Below, in pieces: positions 1-11,610 of a DNA stretch of 16,907 bases. The stretch spans positions 1 through 16,907 of the forward strand of contig MCFH01000208.1 of the NCBI GenBank assembly GCA_002104945.1. The letters are read 5' to 3'. The stretch's first letter is position 1; every line of letters begins with the position of its first letter. Both the position numbers and the translations under genes were made by a program. Origin of the DNA: Piromyces finnis finn. Taxonomy: Eukaryota; Fungi; Neocallimastigomycota. The notes below the pieces were generated by a model. The model saw only the letters and a list, made by a program, of their open reading frames with translations, did not search any database and was not told the origin of the DNA.

Positions 1-821
1 ATGAAAATTTATTCTTTTTTTTATCATTATATGCGTTATTATGATAAACAGATACATCATATGTTTCTGTTATAGAATTTATATCATCCTCAAATTTATT
101 TATAATTTCACTAACAGAACCTATTAAATAGTATTTATTTGAAAATAAAAGATATAAAATTTTAAGTCAAGAATATAAGAGTTTTCTCTAATTAGGTACC
201 AAGCAGAAATGTCTATAAAAGTTAAACAACACTTTTATAAATATATCAATTTATTACTAAAATATTTAAAATACCTTTCATTAATAATTTGTATTTTTTA
301 ATTATTTTTGTTTGAAAACTATCATAATAATTTAGAAGTGGTTTTATACCTAATAAAATTATTATAATATAAATATAATTATTAGTTTTACCTTTTACAT
401 TTGTTCCTTAATACTATTATAATTATATATATACAAAAGCACTATACCATAAAATATAATAATCAATGTTAATACTACAATACTTGTTGCACCGAAATAA
501 ATAACTTCTCTTCTATGACTATTTGCTGAATTATGAATTTCTTTAATTTGACCAATCGTACCTTGTAAATTTTTATCTGCATAATCAGGATAATTAACTA
601 ATATTATAAATAAATTTCTATTATTAGTTTTTTTTTTTTTTTTTTATCAAATTAAAACAATTTTTAATGTTTTTATATGTAAATACCAAGGCATGTTCTT
701 TATTATATAATAGAATTAAAAAAAAGTTAAATAAAAAAAAATAATAATAAAAAAAAATATATATAATTGTTTTATTAAATATTTGATATTTTTTCAATAT
801 TAGATTTGTTTATTTTATAAT

Positions 822-864
<43 letters not shown>

Positions 865-1702
865 AAAAAGAGTTAACCTTATGATATCATCATACAATAA
901 ATTTTCTCCATTATCTACTCGTTCCATCCATTCCTCAATCGGTGTATTTAAAATATTATAGGCATAGGTAACAAATTTTGATACAACTTCATATCCATTC
1001 AAATAAACAAATTCTGTTTTTCCAGATCCTATTGATACAATTGGATTGGATGAAGGTAACTTATCATATTCTTTTAATAATGGAATAATTGAACCCTCAA
1101 GTTTTACTAAATAATCATTTCTAATATAATTAAGATGTTCTTCAATCATTTCTTCATCTTTATCCATTAATGCTAATGCTAATAATCTCATTTCTGTAAG
1201 TAAATTGTTAATTACATAATCAATATCAGCTAACACAAAATAATCACTAGTGATTTGATCATACTTTTTAATATGGAAAATATTGAATATTAATCTAATA
1301 TATTATACATATATATATATATTTTTAATAGATCATGATATTAATTTTTATATATTAAATGTACGTGTATTTTTAATTACAATGATACAAATAGTAAAAT
1401 TTCAATGAAAAAAGTAAAATAGATTATATTAGCACGAAATTTGCATTTTTTTAAATATTTATTTAAAAAGTTATTGCTAAATTTAATAATATATAAATTG
1501 GATAACAAAAATTGAAATTAGTTTTTGTATTGATTAATTGCGTATAGTTAAGTAAAATTATATAAATTTACTGTTGCTTTTTTTTCAAAAATTCCATTTC
1601 TTTCTCTTTTATTGAATGTTCATTATCTCCATCATTAAGGGTTTGAGATAATCCATTTTTTATGTTTTTGACATTTTTTTGATTATCTACCAAATAATCA
1701 GA
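1..1702 (-). CDS. Multi-exon membrane protein (TM - ~190 aa luminal domain - TM - cytoplasmic segment), 3'-partial at the left edge; start uncertain (first in-frame ATG 1597, frame open back to 1702)
   Basis: Phase-consistent GT-AG exons: 1702(or 1597)-1572, 1476-1381, 1294-878 (contains the supplied 775..1236 ORF), 617-415, 349-275, 120-<1. Joined translation: ...MEFLKKKQHNNFLNKYLKKCKFRANIIYFTFFIEILLFVSLLIFNIF (TM1) HIKKYDQITSDYFVLADIDYVINN...YDDIIR...VNYPDY...REVIYFGATSIVVLTLIIIFYGIVLLYIY (TM2) NYNSIKPLLNYYDSFQTKIIKKYKLLMKGSVSEIINKFEDDINSITET... The frame stays open to position 1. Family not securely recognised. Confidence 0.65.
824..859. repeat. T36 homopolymer inside the 877-618 intron of gene 1
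   Basis: Read directly; it produces the spurious poly-Lys tail of the supplied 775..1236 ORF. Confidence 0.9.
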
Positions 1703-2101
1703 CTAAATATTTATAATATTTTTCTTCCATAAACCTAGACAACCATCTTTTGAACAAGAAATTAATTCATTTACTTTTCCACAGTCATCATTTTCCTTTT
1801 TTAAAAAATCTATTTCTTGTACACCATCTCTATGATAGGATAAAATGGCTAATGGAATCAGTTTTTTGGCATGATATATTCTTATTCTAATAATATTAAA
1901 TATATATAAACAACAAAAAAACTAAGTTTAATAATATAATAATATTGCTAAATAATAATTATATTAATAAAAAATAATTACTTTGAATCCCATCCTGCTA
2001 TAGCAAATATTTTATCATCATATCTAAATTTTATATCAGCAAACCCACAAGATTTTGATTTTATTTCTTTATATTTAGGTTCTTTCTATAATATAAAATA
2101 G

Positions 2102-2139
<38 letters not shown>

Positions 2140-3564
2140 GGGGAATAAATATTCATTTAATTGTTAGGTTTTATATTAATGACAAACTCAGAAAACTGTC
2201 ATAAAATTAATAAATAAAATACCTGGCTAATTTCGAAATGCGATATTATATTATCAGCTGAAACAGAAACACCATACTTTAATGAATTTGAAACGTCAAT
2301 AGCGAAAACTATTTTTTATGTAAAATAATTATTATTAATATCATATATATATATATTACAATATTGAATCTGATGATTATAAATTATTAATTTTTTTTTT
2401 TACCTGGTTCTGAATGGAATTTTTTATTCCAACAAATACTTTTATTTTCTAAATCCCACATTATAACATTTCCATATTCATATCCTGCTAGTAAAAAGAG
2501 TTTTTCATCTTTTCTTAAAAGATTCATGCACATACACATTCCTTTTTTTTATTTATTTATTTTTATTATTAAATATCATTTTGATAGATTTATTTTTTAT
2601 ATTAATAAACTTTTTTCATAATAAATTCGAAAAAAAAAAATTTATTTTTTATATACATTGCTAGGCCATAATAATAAGAATTAAGCTTTTTACCTGTTTT
2701 AATATCTATATCATTAACTCCAATATCTTCATATATTTTTGTTTTTGAATTTAAATCAATAATATCAATCTATTATAAAAACAATTCATTTGATTTTTAT
2801 TATTAATAATAACAATAATAATATATAATAATTATAAAAAAAAAAAAATAGTAATAATAATAATTACAAATTCATTTTTATTAATTTTTGGTATTGAGAG
2901 TAATAACTGTGTGGCATCTTCATTTTGAAATAAATTAAATTTACAGAAACTTAATGAGTCGATTGCTAGTGAAGAACTGACTTTTATAGTTGTATCACGT
3001 TCCCTTTTAAATAAACCATAATCCCATAATAATAATAAATTATCTCTTCCTTGACTAGTTATTAATTATTAAAAATAATAATGATAAACTATTAATTATT
3101 ATTATGAAAATATTTGCATTACTCATTATCAATGTTGTTTCTTTTCCCTATTGTAATATTTCTTATTCCTTTTTCTTTTTATTATTATCATTAAAATTGA
3201 ATTTATATAATAACCTTATTATAATGTCTTTTTTATATATATAATCAATTGACAAAATAGCGTCAGCATGGGCTTTCCATTTTAATATTTGTTTTTTTGT
3301 TTTTAAATCCCATATTATTACTTGACCATTGATATCACTTTAATTTTTAGTAAATAAATAAAAATAAGAAAAAGAAATTCTATATTAATATTGGGAATTT
3401 ATAAACATTTCATTTAAAAATGGATTATTATTATTATTTTTTAAAAAAAATATATATATATATCTATACCCTGATATGATAATATCATTTAATATTTTTA
3501 CAGTATTAATTATTGAATTATGACCTCTAAATATATATATTGGATCTGGTGGTAACCTTGACAT
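1703..3564 (-). CDS. ASA1: WD40-repeat protein of the ASA1 (ASTRA complex) / GNB1L family, 8 exons, 330 aa
   Basis: Exons 3564-3470, 3337-3215, 3054-2868, 2769-2694, 2541-2404, 2308-2223, 2085-1982, 1886-1703 (993 nt, all phases consistent). Family motifs: MSRLPPDPIYIFRGH, SGDINGQVIIWDL, SQGRDN...WD, SFCK, GMCM, LLAGYEYGNVIMWD, HSEPV, AIAGWDSKIRIY, PLAILSYHRDGV, SCSKDGCLGLW. Missed by the ORF track because the exons are short. Confidence 0.9.
2102..2143. repeat. Compound homopolymer A30-G12 (C12-U30 on the transcript) in ASA1 intron 6
   Basis: Read directly; ends about 15 nt upstream of the acceptor AG at 2087-2086. Confidence 0.9.
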
Positions 3565-4047
3565 TCACTTTTATTTCTATTTTTATCTTGACTTTATTAG
3601 AAAAATATATATGTATTCTTTATATCTATGTATTTATTAAATGTTTAAAAAAATATTTTTAATATAAAAAACTAAATATAAAAAAAAAAACCTACAAAAT
3701 TTTTTTATTTTCTCTTTTTTTTTTTTTTTTTTTTTAATTCTATTTCTTTTTAAAATTTACAATGATAAAGATTTGACCCTTAACATAAAGCTTTCATAAC
3801 ACTAAAAAAAAAAAAAAGAATTTACAAAATATTCTATTTTGTTTTGTTTTATTTTATTTTAAAGATACGATCTTATTACAATTTTTACTTGTTTCGTATA
3901 AATTCTAATTAAAAAATAAAAACAAACAAATAAAAAAGAAAAAATAAAAGACAATAGATATATATATAAAAAGGGAAAAAAAAAATTAGACTTATATAAC
4001 TTGAAAAAAAAAATATTGATAAAAGAATTTTAATAATAATCATTTGA

Positions 4048-4122
4048 ATAGGAAACAGGCGTTTGTTGTTGTTGGATATGTATATTATTTTAATATCCTG
4101 TTTCCTGTAGAGTATTACTACA
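4048..4122. other. GC-enriched intergenic inverted repeat / potential stem-loop
   Basis: AGGAAACAGG (4050-4059) is the perfect reverse complement of CCTGTTTCCT (4097-4106). GGATAT (4074-4079) / ATATCC (4093-4098) and TGTAG (4106-4110) / CTACA (4118-4122) are also complementary. Function unknown. Confidence 0.4.
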
Positions 4123-4534
4123 TTTTTAAAAAAAAAAAAATTTTTTTTTAATGATTATTATTATTTATGGTTTATTTACTAATGACTCAAAGATTTATAT
4201 ATATATAAAATTTAAGCTGCAATTATAATGTAAATTAGAATGATATAAATGGTGAAAAAAATTGTTATTATTAAAAAAATCTTTTGTAAATGTTTACCAA
4301 ATTCTTTTCTTCTTTGATATTATTTTTAAATATAGATACATAATTTTTTTTTTTTAAAAAAAATAAAAGTTGGATTAAAGAATTTGATTATTATATATTA
4401 GTACTTTTTTTTTTTTTTCTAATGGATAATGATTTTTATGCAAAAAAAAAAAAAAAAAATAATAATAAACTCTGATATTGATGTTTAATTTAAATATATA
4501 GAGGTTTTTTCAATTACTAAATAGTATTGGATAT

Positions 4535-7500
4535 TTATGATTTTCTTGAAACGCTAAGAACAACATTATTGAAAATTTCTTCAATCTCTGGAGCACATTT
4601 GATAAAGTTTTTATGATCCCAGAATTTGTATTTTTGGTTCTTTATTAACTCAATAAAAGTAAAGAGTAATCCCCTAGTATTGTTGAAATAATATATAATT
4701 TTTGATGAGTATAAATTGCTTGGATTCATCGTTTTAATATCTATATTATTCATGTATGTATTTTTTCTAAACTTACCATGGATGTGGTTTATTAATAACA
4801 AGTCTTTCTAATAATACCCTGTTTTTTTTTTATACATTTAAAGGATTAATGTAAAGCATTATTTTTAGGAACAATTAAAAATGACTAACAAATAAATAAA
4901 TAAAAAATACCTTGTAATTTGTTCTTGTACAACCTCTTCTTCTGCTTCATTAAATAAGTTTAATAATAATGAGCTAAAGTATTGAGTATGACGATTTGGA
5001 TATCTTAATTGGTTAACAATAGCACTCAAGATATAGTAACGACCTTTATTTTTTTTAAAAAAAAAAAAATTCAAATAGACATATATTATGTTTTAGTATT
5101 TAATAATTTATAGGTTATCTTCATTTATAAAAACATTACCTTCAGAATCAAATTTCATTAATTGCATGTAAATATCAAATACTGTGTCTTTTGTAAATAC
5201 ATTTTCTGGTTTTTGATTCATTGCACTGATGGCTTGAATACCAATATAGAAAATTAATGAGTTAATTAATGGAATATTGTATCTGGATTCATTAACATCA
5301 ATAACATCCTTTCCACTCTTTAACAGGATCTTAAAGAGATTTGGTATTAAAGATTCTGGTTCTTTTGTCTTCAAGTATTGATCAACATCTTGCTTTATAT
5401 TATATTTAATTAAATTAGCAGTATAATCAGAAAGAATAACAGGTGGTTGTTGGAAATCTTGCAAGTTTTCAATTTTAAGGTTAGGAGTCAATGGATCAGG
5501 GAATCTCATGTTACTTGGGAAAGCACTTAAAATTAAATTACGAAGTTGAATACAAGAAGATGGGATAACATCAATTAAAACAATATGGTAACCACTCAAG
5601 AATTCAGGGAAATCGTGTAATAAAACTAAAAATACACGTAATGTACCACTGTAAAGCATCAATATTTCTTCACTTAATTGTTGACCAGTTTGTAAAAATA
5701 TACCCAAGAATTTGAATAAATCAATTATATGGCGTAGGTAATATGGCCAACCCTTTTGGTTTTCAAGTAATATTAACTTTGGCATGAAGGAACGATGGGA
5801 TATTAATTGTAACCAGGAGAAAGTGAAACCTGGAACAGAAAGTGGTTGAAGTGAATGGAAAGAGTTACTGATAGATAATAAAATTTGGAAGTAGACTTGT
5901 TGAATACTCTTTTCAATCTTTTCTAATTCATAAAGAATGCTCGAGAATAATCTGAAATAGGGTTGTTGATTAAAGGTGACCTTTTGGGTTTCATGGGATT
6001 GAACCATAACAAGAACAATGACAGAAAGAACTTGAGTAGCTAATTTTACTTGTTCGCTTGAATAATCAGTGTCACTCTTGTTGTGAGTACTACTATTTAC
6101 ATCAATTTGGCTTTCAATTAATTTTGGTTTATACTTTATTAATAAAACAATTAATTTGGCATAAGCATCAACAGGTTGATTAACAATATTCTTAATGTAG
6201 TTTCTCTTCTTAAAGAATAAGTATTGGGAAATACTAATTTCAGTAAAGTATCTAAAGAAGAAATAGGTCACATTATCACTCTTAAATAAACCTTGGCTTT
6301 GAATTCTAGTAATAAAGTTAAGTTGTTCTTCTTCACTCTTATTATGTAAACAGATAGCCATCCATTCCTTGAATAAGAAAGATAAAACTTCTTTACTTTC
6401 ATTAAGAGATGCTTCACTCTTGCTAACGGTAACTTCAGAGTTCTTATTAGATTTATCTGCACCACTATCATTTTCTCCTTCTTCACCTTCCTTATTGTTT
6501 TCTGATTCTGTTGAAGTTGGCTTTACGGTTTGAGAACTAGACTTATCTCCCTTATATTGAATTTCGGAATTACGTTTTTTAATATTATTCAATAAATTCT
6601 TAACAGATTCTGGACAATTATCGTATTGTGCAATAAATTGGAATGTTTCTATGCATTTTGGGAATTCATTGGTATCTATATATAATTCCATATCTTCAAA
6701 TACAGCAGCATTGATTAAATTTGCAACATAATCAATAATTTCTACCTTGTTTTTATTTAATTGTTGTGATAATTTTTCATCAAATTTCTCAGTACTAATT
6801 AATTTAGATTTAAGAATACTTTTGGTCACCGGAACATTTAATTTTACTTCACTGTCAATGGAAAGGAACCATGAAGTGATTCTTGTTGATATGTCTTCCA
6901 AAAATTTAAACAATATATTCAAAATGAAGGTGTAGACATCTTGGGAGATGGTGGAATTACTTTTATACAAAGAGTTAATTATTTTTTCAAAAAGTATTAA
7001 AGGTATATCATCAACATTGTTATTATTTGATATTATTATATTTGGTATCTGAATTAATAATATATGAATATCAGTAATATCTTTAATTGAATACAAAACT
7101 TCATCAGAGTATTGATTAATAATATCTTCAATTCGCTTCATTAAAATAATTAGCTTTTCTAATATATAATTAATATAAAGTTTATAATTCATTTCTTGAG
7201 TTTGTGGGTTAACAAAATTATAACCTTGGGTATCCTGAATAAAGAGGGAAGAGTCCTTCATTTGCATCATTGCTTGGTTTTGTGATTGACCTTGATCTTG
7301 ATGCATTGAAAGATTTTGTTGTTGTGAAGTTAATGGAAATTGATCTTGTTGATTGTAGAGATGAAGAAGTTGCTCATTACCTTGTTGACCTGATGCAATT
7401 GAGTTAATTGTTGGTGTTATACCACCAAAATCTTTATAAATTTGATATTGAGTTGAAGTCAATCCACCCATTTTTACACTTAAAATGTCTGGGATATTAA

Positions 7501-10500
7501 CTTGAGTATACATACTTTTAATGAGCTTCATATCAAAGAAAGACTGGTTTGGATTCTTACTACTATTGATACGATAAAGATATGGTACATTCAAATGTTT
7601 ATCGACATTAATAATAGCCTTTTCAATTGCTAATCTTTCAATAACAGAATAGGCCAAGTCGTAATTGCTATTAACGATAGAATTGATGATTTGTTCAACT
7701 TGTATATCAATATTTAATCCACTAGTTATAAATAAATTTCTAATGTGATTATTAATATTGACTCGAAGAGAATCCTTACAATTAGCCATAACTAAATTGA
7801 TAACTAAACTTTTAACAGTAACATGAGCTGCACTACGCATCTTTTCTTCACTTGGTTCCATAATGAAATCCTTTACAATAATCTCACCAGTTGTAATAAC
7901 GGCAACATTAATGCATTTTTCAACTTCTGCTATAAGAATTTCTTCAATGGCTTGATTAAATTCATTTTGAATGAACTGCTTCAATAATGGATAAGTATTG
8001 AATAAGGCATTGTTACCAAATGACATTAATTGTAATTCTGGATAAATAGAATCACTATTCATTTGGTTCATTTGTTGATTATTCATACTTAATTCAACCA
8101 TAGATGGTGTGTTTGGATTATACATAGCCTGTGGATTCATACTATTCATACCATTAGCACCATTCATATCAACTCCTAATTAAAATTATTATAAAAAAAA
8201 CAAATTTATTCATAAATATTAATCACCATATAATAATCTATATAGAGGAAAAAAAAATTTTTAAATTTTACTTTGTTGAGATAGCATTTGTTGATTACCA
8301 TAGTATTCGTATGGAAGATTTGCTCCCATATTGTCTTCTTGTTCATTTCTAGTTTCATTGATAGCTTTACGTTCCTTTAAGAAGTTAGATGGTTGAATAT
8401 CCTTGATATCAACATCTAAACTCTTACATAATACTTCAATCTCAAATTTTAAATTTAACTTAAGATCTGTAAACTCATATAATTCAGAAAGAACCTTCAA
8501 AATAGCCATAGTCCATGGATTTGGAGGCCTAAATACAACACTCTTAGAAGCTTGTTCCAAAACTTTGCATACAAATGGAATAATAATGACTAAGCGACCA
8601 TTATCATAGGCTTCCAATAAAATTTCTTTCATTGCCAAAATTCTATGTTTAATAGGTTTATTTTTAGCCAAAGTAATTCCACCAAGCCATGTACCTAAAT
8701 TTTTTAATAAGGATTTTTCTGATGAATTATTTACGATATTTTCAGAATTAATCAAAGAATAAATATTAACAAAGGTTTCGTAGATAATGATTTTCATTAA
8801 TAATGGTTTATCTAATTTATCCAAAAATGAAATGTACAGAGAGTGGAAGTTTGGTTCAATACTAACACGTTGTTCAACCAAATACTGACTTAACCAATGA
8901 TAATGTCTTTCCTTTAAAATTTCTCTAAATTCTTGTACTTTAATGTCAATATTGGAAACAGAAACATTATTAATAATGAATAAAATTTTATCTTGAACTG
9001 CTTCGGAAGGAGTAGCCAAATTTTGATTATTTTTAATTGGAAAATCAATTTCTGGATTAATGTTTAAGGACTTAAACAACACCTTTTTAGTTGGTTCAAT
9101 TGAAACTGAATTAAGGAACGACTTATCTTTTTTGGTTTTATTGCTGTATGGATTTGTTTGGTTTTCAGCTGTAATATCTTCTACAGGATAATTCATTCCA
9201 TTAGTAGTAATTTCTTGGATATATCTTATCAATTCTGGATGATACTGATGTAAATTAGTTATTTGCAATAAATTTGAACAGTAATGTGGCCACTCTGGTA
9301 GTCTTGATTTAAATTCAATTAAAGCTCTTAAACCAAAATTAAAAAGATTTGTATTTGGTTGTTCCTTTAAAGAATCTAAAATTAGTTTTAAAGCTTTAAC
9401 TAAATAATCATCAGATAAGAGATTACATTTAATCATATTTCCAATTAATAATATTTCTGGAAAATGAATATATGTCTTTTCGCCTTCAACGATATTAGCA
9501 ATCATAATATTTAAAATGTCCATATTATATTTACTTTTGGAATTTTTTAAATGAATGAATAATTCTATCATTTGTTCAATAGTAATTTGATTATTATAAA
9601 AGTGATCTAAATAATTATTAGCTTTAATTCTAATTTCCGTTATATATGCTGTTTGTTGTTTTTCATTTTCAAGTTGGGTAGGGTTAACAAATTCATTGAT
9701 TTCTTCAGCATTTATATTTTTTGTTTGTGAATAGGCTTGAAGATAGGTTGTAAGTTTTTTCTTATACACTAATAGCTGTTCATTATTAAGCATACTAATA
9801 AAGTAATGTATTTATATAGACAGAGTTTTAAAATAATAAAATTAATTAATAAAAATACAGCATCCAATTATATTATATTTTGATAAATAATATATCTATA
9901 GTATACCTAATATAATAATTAATAACTTTAATAAATATCAAAACGGTATCATAAGATAATAAAACAGATGATTGTGTATATATTTTTTCTTCAGGATATA
10001 ATTTTTGAGATATTTTCTCATCAAGAAATTCTAAACATGATGTTAAGAATAGTTCACCATCACTTTTAATATGGTCTTGAAGCCATTTGTCAAGGTTAAG
10101 ATAGTCTCTTCTTGAAGCAAGTGAAGCTAAATCAATAGCAAAATGATAATCCTTTGTATCTAAAATTTGTGATAGACCCTAATATTATTAAGAATATTTG
10201 AGTATAAGTGAAAAAAAAAAGACATAGCTTTATTAAAAGTTTATTACATAAAATATTTACCTTTACTTCTTGAGCAACATCTAAGATTCTTGATAAAGAA
10301 GTTGGAAATTTTTTATACATATTTACTAAACTTGTAATTAATAAATTTGGATTTATTTGCCAAACTTTTTGAACAACTGGAACAAAATTGGAATGACCTT
10401 GCATAAATACCATTAAAACATCATTCAATAACTCGGATACAACAGCTAATTCACGCTTTGGTATCTATTAAATATTAGAGTAATACCAAAAAATTAATTT

Positions 10501-11498
10501 AATTAGTTCTTGAAAATATAATAATAATAAATTTCAAAAAAAAAATGACAAATTGTAAAATAAAATTACATTTATCTGAGCCAAACATATTAATATTATC
10601 TCTGGTACTTCTTGAATGGCAATTCCAAAGAATTCTCTAACATATTCTTTTATATCATCATTAAGCATTAATCTAATAAGACATTTTACTAAATCAACTG
10701 AATTCCAAGGATTTTCTAATATTGCAGAGTCATGTAATTTTGCAGCTCCACTTATATTTGAGAAGGTATCTGATATAATAGTTTTTTCTTTAGATTTCTT
10801 TAATAAGTCTATTAAGTTATCAGGTTGTGACAAGATAAGAAAACGAATAAATTGAAATTGAAATAAATAGTTATTCCATGGTTCCCATAACAATGAAATT
10901 GGAAATTCGTTCATATTCTATTTTTATTTATTTAAAATTCAATTTAATTTTTATTCATAGCTACTTTTTTTAACTTTTACTATTAAGTATTTATTTATTT
11001 ATTTATTTACCTCGTAAATATATGAAAAAGATTCAACTAAAAAATCAAATTGCTTTTGATCGTAAAGTTGAAAATCTTCCTGATCAAAACTTTTGAAAAC
11101 ATTATTCCATGTCAGTGATTGATTCTAAATTCAATTTATAATCATTAGTTTTTAATTTTTTTCAATGAAATAATATTAAATTATAATAATCATACTTTAT
11201 TTTTTAAAGAATCGATAAATAATTTAGTATCCCAAGATGTTAATTTTCTATATTCTTGTTTATTTGATGAAGGTATCATTGATTCCAGCATTGGACTTTC
11301 CTCGAGTCCTGAATGAGTTTGGGCCATCATTAGTAGTATTGAAGCAACAACTTTCTCATCTAAAGATACTAAATCTGTTCCAATCTGTTTTAATACTGCT
11401 TCTAATATGTTTTGAGAAGAGGTACAACCATATCCCAAATCTTTAATAAACTTTGATATTGAGATATTCAAAGTTGCTTTATCTAAGATATCCAACAT
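4535..11498 (-). CDS. NOT1: CCR4-NOT complex scaffold subunit Not1 (CNOT1/CDC39), 10 exons, about 2037 aa
   Basis: Exons 11498-11196, 11124-11011, 10917-10570, 10464-10261, 10178-9907, 9794-8272, 8175-5140, 5043-4911, 4818-4777, 4673-4535 (6114 nt, phases consistent). Motifs: GYG...MMAQTHSGL; [20 protein letters not shown]; Caf1-binding MIF4G ([52 protein letters not shown]); DUF3819 ([17 protein letters not shown]); C-terminal Not1 domain ([64 protein letters not shown]). Confidence 0.97.
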
Positions 11499-11509
11499 TT
11501 TATTATGAA

Positions 11510-11610
11510 CTATTATTATATTTATTTATTTTTTAAAATAAAGGTTGTGTTAACAAACATATCTTTTATATTATTGATTATTTTTTATATCTTTTTTATA
11601 ATTGTTTTAC
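11510..11610 (-). other. Possible 101-nt 5'-UTR intron of NOT1
   Basis: AG|GTAAAA donor at 11610 and AATAG acceptor at 11510, 11 nt before the ATG. The upstream exon has an in-frame TAA, so it would be non-coding. Confidence 0.3.

Noticed and set aside
1242-1255. 14-bp perfect palindrome AATCACTAGTGATT
   Set aside because: Lies within a coding exon (QITSDY) with no supporting context.
4098-4107. CAGGAAACAG on the minus strand matches the first 10 nt of the M13 reverse primer
   Set aside because: Flanks do not continue as lac/pUC sequence, so this is not vector contamination.
3761-4207. Possible small spliced gene between ASA1 and NOT1 (+ exons 3865-3895, 4052-4111, 4193-4207; or - exons 3905-3890, 3801-3761)
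   Set aside because: Phase-compatible joins exist, but I found no start codon with a usable donor and no recognisable product; these may be UTR introns or chance.
4535-5074. Supplied ORFs 4535-4801 and 4865-5074 as separate genes
   Set aside because: They are NOT1 exons 8-10 read through into intron sequence.
6268-11446. Short supplied ORFs overlapping NOT1 (6268-6486 -, 6747-6935 +, 8403-8609 +, 10616-10855 +, 11237-11446 +)
   Set aside because: Alternative-frame or antisense shadows of NOT1 exons, with no independent motifs.
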